From Octopus sinensis (taxonomy: Eukaryota): a DNA stretch of 64,000 bases. Positions 15,042 to 27,000 of the stretch are shown here, in pieces (the first letter of the stretch is position 1; the number at the start of each line of letters is the position of its first letter). Position numbers and translations under genes: made by a program. The stretch is from the NCBI RefSeq assembly GCF_006345805.1, contig NC_043000.1, positions 58,900,001-58,964,000 of the forward strand. The letters are read 5' to 3'. The notes under the pieces were generated by a model that saw only the letters and a list, made by a program, of their open reading frames with translations, was not told where the DNA came from and did not search any database.

Positions 15042-15500
15042 TTCTTTCGATAGCTATACATGAAAAGTGAGTCTTTGTTCGGCAATTTCCGTAATTCTTT
15101 TTTCTTTCTTTCATATTCTGAATCGCTTGTGCTTATTACACTTTTGTGTATGTATATGTACGAGGGGTGCTGAAAAGTTATTGGCTTTAAGGGTGTCTCA
15201 AAAGGCCTGGTTGGAAGCCCAACCTTCCAAGTTCAGGACTTTGAAAAACTGAAGGACCGCTGCAATAAGTGTGTGAATCTGAGAGGGTATATAAGTATAC
15301 ACGTATTTATGTGCACGAATGTATATATGTATACACACACACATATATATACAGTACTTACTTACACAAATATACACATACACACAAACGCACGATACAT
15401 AAACATAAGCGATTCAGTGGGTGGGGGGTAAAGGAATAAAACTGTTCACGGAAATTGCCGAAGAAAGACTTTCACTTTTCATGTACGGTTATCGAAAGAA
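15042..15500. mobile_element. MITE with ~50-bp imperfect TIRs enclosing a mariner-type TIR fragment
   Basis: ttctttcgatagctatacatgaaaagtgagtctttgttcggcaatttccgt vs acggaaattgccgaagaaagactttcacttttcatgtacggttatcgaaagaa; internal TACGAGGGGTGCTGAAAAGTT near 15159. Confidence 0.6.
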
Positions 15501-15860
15501 TTGAAGAGAGGCAAACACTTGCTGCTCATATCGTAGGCAACAGTTCGTAGCATTTTTTCTAAAGTGGCACAGTTGTTTCCATTTGTTTTTTCTCTACGTT
15601 TTCTAAATAACTGAATATTTCGTTTTGAGGAAAGGAAGGAATCTTGTCGAGAAATACAGATACCCTAAACTGAAAGATGCACACTCTTAGTTTTGTCCGG
15701 GGAATGAAAAAACGGTACGTAAATTCAATTTGATATGAATTATATCAATTTCTATTTGCTTTTTTCTGTATATTTTCTAATGTAAAAAAAGTAATGTTGC
15801 CATAAGTTGTTCAAGTTCCCCTTCAATACAAACGCTAATTTAGGGGAGGGGAATATAAAC

Positions 15861-15952
15861 GGCGGAGGTAAAGAATACGTACACCGACCGTTTTCAGCGT
15901 AACAAAAACCCTAACCTTTAAACATCGGGTGTACGTATTCTTTATTTTCGCC
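15861..15952. mobile_element. Short hairpin MITE
   Basis: taaagaatacgtacacc / ggtgtacgtattcttta arms around ccctaacc. Confidence 0.55.
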
Positions 15953-16130
15953 TGGAAACCCTGCATTTAGAATGCAGAACTTTCTATATGAAGTACGCTA
16001 CTAATTTTTATCTGAATACCCGTGCACCACACAGTCCCACTCCAATCTGCATTAGTTACACACTAAATATAAATTTGTCAAAGTCTTATATACGAGGTTT
16101 TGACAAATATGTAATGAGTGTGCAAAATGC

Positions 16131-16888
16131 GGGGCTAATGCAGTTTCGCATCTCTCCTTGAAAAATCCCTTTTTTGAAAACATTTTTTCGGAATCCTACG
16201 TTGTAGATGTCGGAGATTACGAGTATGCAAAAACAGAATTTTTTTTTAATTTCACACACACACAAATTTTAAATTTTTTCGAAATTTTTTTTCCCTATAT
16301 TTTAGATGACAGATTCTGAATATGCAAGAAACCACGTTTTCAAAATTTTTAATTCAATAAGCATATAGATATGTGTATAGATAGATATGAATGTATTCCT
16401 GGGGCTAAAAACAACAGTAAAACCGTCTTCTATAGGATCGCCACATTTAGTTGACAAATATATTTTATGAATAAACGGATAGGAATAAATAGATAGAAAG
16501 ATAAATAAATGGATGAAAAAGTTCAAAATTTTAAATTGGGGAGGAGGTGAAATTTGAGCCCCCTATTAAACTTTATAACATTAATTATTAAACATTGTTT
16601 CTCATAAAATGGTGTATATTTAATTTGCATTCAATTATTTACGATTATAAACACAAGTAAAACGCAAATTCTTTTCACTTTAATGTTTTTGTCTGTATTT
16701 AAATTCGATTTGCACATGTTCGTCAATTCGCTACGATCTCTTTAAAGTAGATAAAATCTAAAATTTAAATTAGCAGGTAAGTTGTTTTTTTTGTTTTTTT
16801 TTTTGCATATTCGTAATCTCCGACATCTAAAAAGTAGGAATCCCCCAAAAATGCAATTCAAGGAGAGGTACGAAACTGCATTAGCCCT
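16131..16888. mobile_element. MITE with ~100-bp imperfect TIRs
   Basis: gggctaatgcagtttcg...tagatgtcggagattacgagtatgcaaaa vs ttttgcatattcgtaatctccgacatcta...cgaaactgcattagccc. Confidence 0.7.
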
Positions 16889-17878
16889 CCCCCACCACAA
16901 ATGCTCCCCTAGGTTATTCACTTTAGACGGTGACCCAAAAAAAACAAGACTGACCAGATAAAACTTACACTAATATCCTTTAATTCACCATTATCCAACA
17001 TAAAAGGAAAATATTAAATAATGTAAGTATGTAGGTCAGTGGACAACTGGAAATGAAGAGAATAATTTAAAGCTGCTTAGTGATTATCTCCTTGTTTATT
17101 ATAATGTTAGCGATTATGAAGTTCTCGTTCCCCAAGCGCTATTCATAACGTAACATTTAAAAGATTGAAACATGAACACTTCATTCTTTGTTTTTCAACT
17201 GATAACCTGACATAAAAAAAAAATGTAAACCCCATCGCGGAAACTACCGGTTATGCAAAGAAAAATATAAACAATCTGGAATTACCATACAAGAGGCACG
17301 CACCTTAAGATAGGCATATCACATACCTAGATGTGACAGAATAGAGTAGGGTGGAAACATGTTAAAGACATTTACCACTAATGACAAATTTTTGCTGAGA
17401 ACACCGATTTTGGACTATACTGAAAACACCAGAATTGGTACCTTGAAGTGTACAATAAACGCACGCATCAAACAACATTCGTGTAGCAAATAACAAAAAT
17501 ATTAAATAAAGGTAGAATCACCTTGTAATCACACTAACTGAAAAGCAATAACCCAACTGCAACCGTAAGCCATGAAATACAACAGAGTATGATGACCCTC
17601 TACAAAAAAAAAAGAATCTAGTAACTAAAGAATTAAACTAAGTGGGGCTGTGGTTCTCAAACTAATAAACATCAGCACCCACTTACCTACTGACCTCCAG
17701 AAAAATGTTTTTACTCCTCCTCCTCTTTCTAAATGAGAAGACAAAATGTTTGCATCCATCTTTCTTCGCCATCGAGTTAGACACGCTTAAAACCCGATTT
17801 CATTAAAGATGGCAAACTGTCCACTCACTTTACAATTTTAACAATTCCCCTCCCTCCGTACCAGAAGGATAATATAAA

Positions 17879-18190
17879 GGCTCATGATTTAGTGGTTAGA
17901 GGTGTTCGACTCACGATCGTAAGGTTGTGAGTTCGATATTCGGCGGTTCGTTGTCCTTGAGCAAGTTTCTTTATTTCACATTGCTCTAGTCCACTCAGCT
18001 AGCAAAAATAAGTAGTACCAGTATTTCAAATGGCCAGCCTTGTCACATTCTGTCATGCTGAATCTCCCTGAAAATTTACGTTAAGGGTGCGCGTGTCTGT
18101 TGAATGCTCAGCACTAGCATGTTAATTTTAACGAGCAGGCTATTTCGCTGATCGGATCAACTGGAACACTCATCATAATCGACGGAGTGT
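17879..18190 (+). mobile_element. tRNA-derived SINE
   Basis: A-box-like tagtggttag, B-box-like gagttcgata, followed by tgtccttgagcaag core. Confidence 0.7.
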
Positions 18191-18340
18191 TAGTGATATT
18201 CCTACAAAGGCCTCCAACAGAAAAAAAAAGTATTAGTTCGCTGACGCATAAATTTATTCTTTTTTAATCTAAATATTAATAAATTGCAAAAGAATTATTC
18301 CATATATTAGAAAAAAAAAAGATAAACAAAAACATCTTAC

Positions 18341-18359
18341 GTTTAGACAATACACGGAA
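18341..18359 (-). other. Candidate 19-nt micro-exon of the divergent gene
   Basis: Minus strand reads tttttcttcttcctcttacag|TTCCGTGTATTGTCTAAAC|gtaaga. Confidence 0.35.
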
Positions 18360-18499
18360 CTGTAAGAGGAAGAAGAAAAATATCAGTTAGGTATGGATAT
18401 TTTAAAACTTCCGTTTCCAATGACTGATATATTGGAATAATTGTAGTCTATATTTAGTTATAAAACACTTTAAATAAACTAACTAACTAACTATATATA

Positions 18500-18542
<43 letters not shown>

Positions 18543-21318
18543 ATAGTCATACTGCGTTTGCAAGCAAAACAAAAAGGATTCATGATAAATAAGTCGTCTG
18601 CTAAGAATATACAAGTCAACTAATTGTTTTTGTATTTTGTATATTTCCTAATAGAAACCACTTACTTTTGGTATAACACACATTATATTCTAAGAACATA
18701 TAAGTAAAACCTAGTTGGACGAAATAGAACTCATTACGGTTATAATTGAATAAGTTTTTATTTGTAGCTTATTTTTTTTCACTCGGACAGAATTTACGAT
18801 TAAAATGTATTTGTGTGGACATGCATTGAATATGTAAATACTAGTATTTGCTGTAAAGTCATATTATTCAACTTATGGTCTCCTTGATCTTTGATTCAAG
18901 AATTTTCACGCACATAATGTGCGTTTATACGAGTTCAACACTATGCTCCTAACTTGTGGACTAATTTACCATTCATTACAAGAACGGGGTTATATGTCTG
19001 TCTCTCTCTCTCACACACTATAGAACCTTGTAGCTTACTTGAATCACTTTGTAAAACGAGTTTAAGACTGAGAGATTCTTAAATGAAGAAAGGAATAAAT
19101 CTAATAACCTTTTCAAACAATCGGTCTATTTAGATCAGTATCTTAATAGACCGATAAATCTTCGTTTATTTTTTCATGTTAAGTCTTTATGCTTGAAACA
19201 TTCTTTTTTTTTTTTTTTTCGCATTGTAAGAAACTGTGTTTGTAAGATACATAGAACTTGCTTTAAGAGATGTATCTAAGACATACATATAGCTTACATT
19301 AAAACTTGCTTTCAAAATATACATATATGCAATAAAACTTCTTTTCAGAATATATATATATATATATATAATGCGATTGGTTGCATATATATACTTATAT
19401 ACATACACACAGCAACTTGCTTTCATTATATATATATATAGTCGAAATTTATAGAAAAACAAAAGACGAAGACAGGTGTATGAACAAGCAAGTAAGTGTA
19501 TTAGTTTGACGCTCGGGAAAATAAAGTCATACGTTTCGGGCTTAGGCTCTTCAACAGAAAGGAATAAGAGAAAATAAACAGAGAATGAAAAAACTTGTAG
19601 CTTTCAGCGGTCTAGCATGGCGAATGATATATATACATACTTTTGTTTAATAATATATCTATCTGTCCAGCGAAAATGCATATATCCACAACTTGCTTAA
19701 TATATAAAAGTGAGTATCGGCTTAACTACATGTTGGTTCCCCCTCAACTGCTTTCTCGTAACTTTCTTTAAAATGATTATATATATATATATATTAATAT
19801 ATATATATATATATAACTTGCTTAGTTTGCATTGAGAATGTACACACCATCTGCAGATATATATATACATAACTATAAGAAACAAATGTATGGTTGTATA
19901 TTTTATGTATGTGTATATTTATATATATATACACACACATACAATAAGTCAGTTGCTGTGTGTATAAAACACACAGAAAAAATAAATATATATATTCTAA
20001 GAAAGTGCTTTGTAAAAAGATTTGGGAGGAAATATCTAAATGGATGAATTAAAAGTAAAGCAACAAAAAGGAGAAACTTAAGAATAATAATAATACACAA
20101 CAGTGGCTATTTTCGCAGGCAACAGGAGTTCTGGTATTTCAATATTTGTAAATGAATATACATGATTTAGATTGAGTATTATCAATAACAGTCGAAACAT
20201 AAAATGAACGAAACTCCTCATTTAATGAAAAAATATCTCAGACAACGAATGTATTGAAAAGAATAACTGTATAGAAATAGATGAAGCATTCTATTAAATA
20301 TAGTCCATTGACAATGTTTATGATACAATATGGCCACTGATGCAGTCGTTCGCTGAAAAATCTGGCATACACCTGAGTAATTGTTTGCAATCTGATCTGA
20401 CTAAAAGAGTTTGAAACATTTTTCTGAATACAGCATCGAAATTTCAATTCAATGAAGATCGTGAAGAATTTAAGGTTTAATATTACAATAAAAATATTTC
20501 AAAATCTATATGATGAGTCTTCCAAGTGTTTTAACATGTCAAGAATGGAGAGGTTATAAATGAAATCAGATGTAAACAAAAGCTATTTAAAATTTCTCTC
20601 TATTCCACCAGACTATCTCTAATTTCATATTCTGAATGCATTTTGTCAAATATAAAATTAGTCATAAAATCTGCAGCACTCGTCGCTTTTATTGCTTAAT
20701 ACTACAACCATGGCCTATTAGTCAGCTAAAGCATACAAGCAAGCAGGCTATAGCCGACATTTGTAAATAATCGCCACAAAGTGAGGGATCAGCTTTTTCT
20801 GTAAATCAATACTAAAACGATCCCTCACTTTGTGGCAAGTGCCCAGCTTCTCTACCTAAAATTATTTTGTCCGTAAACATTTATATTAAGAACAGATACT
20901 TAATGAAATGTTGAAAATAAAAGTATAAACAAAAAAGTTCTGACAAAAAACATCTTACAGTATTTCATCATCAGATCTATTAATAAAGAGAAAGCTCCGC
21001 TCGTCTGCTCATAATGAAAATTACCAACATAAGCTTTAGTAGTAGCAATATCACACCAAACAGGGTATAGTAACGATCATATATCGTCTCTAAATCATTT
21101 CTTACAGAAATTTTTAACCAAGTAAATGAAGGATTCATTTTGTTGAAAGATATTTAATGATATTTTATAGAAAAAGTCAAGACAAGTTGAATTTATGCCA
21201 TACGTATGCTGTCGTCATTAAGCGGAGGTTCAGTTTTCAGTTTATTTATCAATTTAAATGAACCTCCACTTCTTGTCAACACATTGAGAATAAGAAAGCG
21301 TAATAATTAGTCTCTTAC

Positions 21319-21500
21319 CTGTATAACAGAAGAGGCTTTCTGAACTAAAATATCCAAAATAAATGTCATTGCTAAAAGAAATAAATATAAATCCAAGCTA
21401 AGCTTTTTTTCCTCCGTTTAAGAATAGCAATCGCTTAGTTTTAATCCACTCCTTGGACTACCATTTTTCCCCGTTTTACGACTACTCACACTGCTTCTCC
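21319..21500 (-). other. Candidate early exon of an unidentified divergent gene
   Basis: Strong minus-strand donor CAG|GTAAGA at 21319/21318; ATG at 21369 is open to the donor (MTFILDILVQKASSVIQ); no homology recognised. Confidence 0.35.
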
Positions 21501-23529
21501 TTCTTGCGCAGACAAATACATAGTTATGAGTGAGGGTGTAATGAGAAAGACAGACACATACACAAAGAGAGGGGCTCTCTCTCTCTCTCTCTCTCTGTCT
21601 ATATGTATGTGTGTGTGTGTGTGTGTATACAAATAATGTGTGAGTGTGTGTATTATATGGAGGTATTTCTGTTTGTATATCTAAATATGTATAAATATAT
21701 ATTCTAAATGTGTGTGTATATGTATCTATATATGTGCGTATGATAGGGCGAAAGAGAGATGCGTATGAGAAGCATATAATAATAATCAGTCTTTTCTTTT
21801 TCAAGGTAATTGCGAGGTGGCAATGAATTTTTTTTTTTTAGTGCACTAATTAATGCTTGTTTAGCGCTGGTATTCTCTAATAGCATAAACTATAACGGCG
21901 CCAAAAGAAAATTGTTAGTAAATTCGTTAGTAACTTAGCAGGGCTTCAAAACTCCCTCCGGGTCTTGACTCACCCTCTCTACTGAAAACAGTTTTTCTAT
22001 CTCTTAGTATGCACTAGTGTCGTACTCCCTCTCTATTTAAATCTTTCATTACCCGTCTGTTTCACCATACACTCTAGTTAATCATCTCTTTCTCTATCAT
22101 AGTTCGACATTGGTTTACACCCTTTCTATTTAATCCTCTGCCCTCTCTCTCTGTTTTTGTGTCTGCTTTACATTATCGTATATAACAGACTCTTTTTGAC
22201 GTACATCGTCTTTGAGATACTCCGTCTCTATCTCCAACTTTATCTTATACATTTATCCCTCACTCTTCTTTCTACTTATCTAAATTTAATATTCGCCCTT
22301 TCCTTACTTCATTCTTTCGGTCATTGTCTTGCTTCTCAAGTAGCTTTGACATCAGAAATATATTTTTCTTCAAACAAACATTGCCTTGATTTTTTTTTTT
22401 TCATACGCAGTCGCACAACTCACTACCAGTGTTTATATATTCACATTATTTGATATTCGCTTTAATTTCCAACGTGACTTATCATATAAAGTCTTTTCTC
22501 TATACTAACTTTCTTTGTAAATGTCAAGCTTTTAAAGCAATTTCACATATTGAGCAAAAATATATATCGTTAGATATAATAACTGTTATAATTTCAGGGG
22601 TTAGTATGTATATTTGTAATTATTCAGAATTCCCTACGAATTTCAGACGAATGGGGGAACTAGTGCACTACTGGAAAACAGGTCGACCGATACTCAGACA
22701 CACAAAGCAATATCTCTCTTTCCTATACATTTTTTTTTTCTTGGTATGTACTTTGTCCCTTAAATCCACAGCTAATATTCCATTTTATGTTTAAAGAAAA
22801 AATAAAATTTGTCACTTATGATCTACATAAGATTAAATTTAACATTCTATCGAAAATAATTTACCAGGACTTTGATTTTAAAATGTGGGGAAAAGGCGGT
22901 GGAATGATATAAACGGCCGAGCGCCAGTTTAAAACGCTTTGCAGTATTTAGTTTCGACCGTAGGCATTCTGAGTTCAAATGCCACTGGGGTCGTCATTAC
23001 TTCACATTTCTCTGTGATAGATGAAATAAGTTATCAATCAATCAAGTACCATTGTTAAATTCAATAGACTTTTGTGCATAATTCTTCGCTGAATAAAAGA
23101 AATTGGTTTAAAAATACTGAAAAAGAAATACAACAAATATGTTGTAATTGTTTCTACTATAAAGCACATTGTTTATGAATATGCTTATTAATACTATGAA
23201 TTATGACGGCAGTGATATTTCGCTTCTTTTTGGAATAAAAATTAATAAATGTGTCGAAAGGTTAAATTTTAAAGAATGTTGACATCCGGGTGACTTAATG
23301 CTACTGCTGATTAATTTAACATATATGGACAAACGCATGCACACTCTCCCTCTCCCCATTTCTCTTTCTTTCCTCTTTATCTTATATCTATAGATATATG
23401 TAAACATATATATATAGATTGATATGGATAAGTATAGATATATGTAGATAGTCTCCAGCAGCTAAAATCGTATGATAAAACAATTATTAAAAGCGAATAA
23501 AATATTACAGCGTCCTTCGTGTTAACACC

Positions 23530-23541
23530 AAAATGGCGCCG
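23530..23541 (+). promoter_or_regulatory. YY1-like site (AAAATGGCG) overlapping the SCP2 start codon
   Basis: caaaatggcgccg matches the AAnATGGCG consensus common at housekeeping-gene starts; motif match only. Confidence 0.35.
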
Positions 23542-23616
23542 CTACATGCCACTCGTTCACTCAACTCATCATCCAGTTACAACGATGTCTATGTCATCGG
23601 GGTTGGAATGACCAAG
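23533..23616 (+). CDS. SCP2: SCP2/SCPx thiolase, coding exon 1 (MAPLHATRSLNSSSSYNDVYVIGVGMTK)
   Basis: ATG in AAAATGG context; VYVIGVGMTK matches the SCPx N-terminal motif (human VFVVGVGMTK); donor AAG|gtaac, phase 0. Confidence 0.93.
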
Positions 23617-24607
23617 GTAACAACATAAAATGCCTCTAGAATTAATATTAAGACTTATATATGTATCTATATCATTGCTGATAGTCAATTGATCACTTTA
23701 TAAATAAGTCACTTGCCAGAATAACTCATTTATTTTTTTGGTTTTCAACATTATTTAAATTTTTTTAATGAAAAATCAAATACTATTTTGTAGTCCTTTT
23801 TTTTTTTTTTTTTTGCTTTTGCTAAATATTGAATATCGGGGTTTACCCAACTGTTTATTTTTGTATTTTCTGTTTCCACGCTTTTGGGTATGGATTGTTC
23901 TCCAAACTATTCTTGATGAATTAAGTACACTTTTTAGTTGTTCTTTCTTATAGCATTATATATATATATATATATATTAGTTTGTTTTGATTTGGTATCA
24001 CGTCTAATATTTAGGGAAGTGAAATCTGTTACATTTTTTAACCTAGGATTCGAAACCAAATCTTGTACTTATGTTTACCGATCTTTAACCGACTTGACAA
24101 CACAAGGAAAGGGGCGGTCTCTTGATCGCTTAGAAATAACGGCCAAAACATAGGGAAGACACATTACGTTTAATGTTGTTCTAGGAACATATTAAATAAG
24201 TGAAAATAAAATGAGATAGCCATGGCTAAAATATTGTTAATCATAGGTTATTATGTTCGATGAGAGAAGAGGTGGGTCTAAACAACATTGAGACACGAGC
24301 CAACGAGTGAGCTTTCTACAGAATAATTTGACCTGAAAGAAATAGCAGAAAAATCTGCTTCGGATCTACTTCAATCTTAAATAATAAATTGTTTTATATT
24401 AATGCTACATACACATAAAAAAGGCGAAGTGCTCTATTTTATTGTCTTCGATCAGAGGCCTGTTCAATTAGGATGACTTGGAACACTCCGAGATACAAGC
24501 CAACAAAAAGCCCTTACGTAGGCGCCCATTCTGTTGGAAACAGCAGCCAAATATCCTTTAGTCACTCAACTTTGTTGCGTGCTTTTTCTGATTTGAGTAT
24601 TTAGTTC

Positions 24608-25030
24608 GAGCTGACAGGTTGTTAGCATGCCGGGCGAAATGCTTTGTAGTATTTCGTCCGCCGCTGCGTTCTGAGTTCAAATTCCGCCGAGGTCGACTTT
24701 ACCTTTCATCCTTTCGGGGTCGAATAAATAAGTACCAGTTACGCACTGGGGTCGATATAATCGACTTAATCCGTTTGTGTGTCCTTGTTTGTCCCCTCTG
24801 TGTTTAGCCCCTTGTGTGGGTAGTAAAGAAATAGATTGTTAGCATGCCGAGCAAAATGCATTTCGTCCGTCATTACGTTCTGAGTTCAAATTCCGCCGAG
24901 GTCGACTTTGCCTTTCATCCTTTCGGGGTTGTTAAAATAAGTACCAGTCGAGCACTGGGGAGGGGTCGATGTAATCGACTTAGTCTCTCTCCCCCGAAAT
25001 TGCTGGCCTTGTGCCAAAATTTGAAGCCAA
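24608..25030 (+). mobile_element. Two adjacent SINE copies
   Basis: Repeated gttagcatgccg...ttctgagttcaaattccgccgaggtcgacttt...catcctttcgggg...aataagtaccag; degenerate relatives elsewhere in the window. Confidence 0.75.
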
Positions 25031-25844
25031 TATTTACTTCGTTTTATGTTTGACAATCTCTGTCTTACACACACACACACACATATACATACATACCGTC
25101 ACTTGCAACCGAGTATGACTTGGTAGCATTTAAGTATGCTTTCGCTAATTGTTTTTAAGTGTCTATAGTATCTAGCAGACACTCCGAGACTGGTGGAGAA
25201 CGGACTCACAACTTTCGTTGTTATTTAGAAATACATCAGGATTCGGTCAGTTCTATTCCTGAAGTGCGAAGATAAAGGACTCTTTGCCGAACGAACTGGA
25301 GAACAGCTTGACTAGTTCTCGCTGCCTTAATCCATTCATATTCGTCCTACAAGGAGAGAAAGCTTCTTCGAGTTATGAGTAACAGGCGTTTTTATGTAAA
25401 AATGACATCTGTACATTCACTGGTTGCACATATAAAATAAAAGAGCCCCAATATTGCGACAGCGTACGTGTGGAAAAATTTGGAATAAGTTAACTCGCAT
25501 ATGCATCTTTAACAAACATGCATTCGTACATTCTGCCTCCTGCGTAGACCCGTTTGATAGAAGACAATAGGATCGAAACTAGTTCAGTTACTTTCCAGTT
25601 CATGCTCCAGATGTAGATAGCTCCATGCATAAACATAAGGCTGAATTTGTTTTTATCAAACATATGAACTTTATCACAATTTATCCATGCACTTATTTAA
25701 CCGTTAACATTTCGGAGGACGCCCAATTTCTAATAAATAATGATTTTAGATATTTTCTCTATTAGCTCCACACTGATATATCTCATATCCACTTGTGAAT
25801 GCAAATGTTTGGATATTTTCTTTTTACTGATTATTGATTAGCCT

Positions 25845-26390
25845 TTCTACTTAAGGCACAAAGCCTGAAATTTGATGGGAGAAGAATAGTCGATTACATT
25901 GACTCCAATGTTTCACTGGTACTTAATTTATCGACCCTGAAAGGCTTTAAAAATAATTACTGGGGTTGATACATTCGACTAAAAGGCATAGTCAATCTCG
26001 GTGGAATTTGAACTCAAAACGCGGCAGACGAAATATCGCTAAACGTTCGCCCGGCGTGCTAACGTTTCTGCCACCTGATTGAAATAACTAGATTATTATT
26101 TTGTTTACTATTTCAAAGACACTTGAAAAATCTTTAGATTGTCGCTTGACTTGGTAATATCCTATTCGCCCTCAAATCACACCCAATCGCTTTAAGTAAA
26201 AGAACATGTTGAATACCGTTGTCCACAATTTAGGCACAGGTGTGGCTGTATGATAAGTTTGCTTCCCAACCACATAGTTCCGAGTTCAGTCCCACTGCAT
26301 AGCATCTTGGGCAAGTGTCTTCTACTATAGCCTCGTACGGATTAAAGCCTTGTGGGTGGATTTGGTAGACGGAAACTGAAAGAATCCCAT

Positions 26391-26433
<43 letters not shown>

Positions 26434-27000
26434 ATATGTAAAAAAACAAAGTTCCTTCCCGAGCCACATAGATCTATAGGGCCGGTTTCTATGACGTATA
26501 TATTCCCCACCTGGACAGGACGACGGTCCGTCGCAGGATTAATCATTTTTGCCAGCTTGTGTTATTGCTCAAAAACACAAAACGTCACCCGATCTAGGAA
26601 TCGAAACCACAAACATGGGTCCATCACCCTAATCACTAAGCCACGCGCTTCCATCGTGTGTGTGTGTGTATAAATAAATATAAGATCCAACGATCGAGGT
26701 GTAGCAAGAAAGTTTCAACCAATCCGTAGTAAATATAAAAAATAACTTTCATGGACAATAGTGGTATATTGAGACGGAAGGTTGTAGATTTTTTTTTCTT
26801 ATTGAAGTGTGTGTGTGTGTTTGTCCCTACCACCACCACCACTTAACTCGTGTTGGTGTGTTTACATACATGTAACAAAAGAGACTGATAGGATAAATAC
26901 CTGGCTTTAAAAAATAATTACTGGGGTTGATACATTCGACTAAAAGTTCTTTAAGCTAGTGTCTGGCATGGCTGCAGTGTAATTACTGAAACAAGTTAAT
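25845..27000. mobile_element. Cluster of SINE copies and fragments in both orientations
   Basis: 25845-26075 is the reverse complement of the 24608 family; 26235-26395 is a tRNA-type head; 26450-26650 is a minus-strand SINE; 26810-27000 is a tail segment. Confidence 0.65.

Noticed and set aside
23533-23580. Ser-rich SCPx N-terminus as a mitochondrial or PTS2 targeting signal
   Set aside because: Too short, only one Arg, no RLx5HL motif; SCPx normally uses a C-terminal PTS1, which lies outside the window
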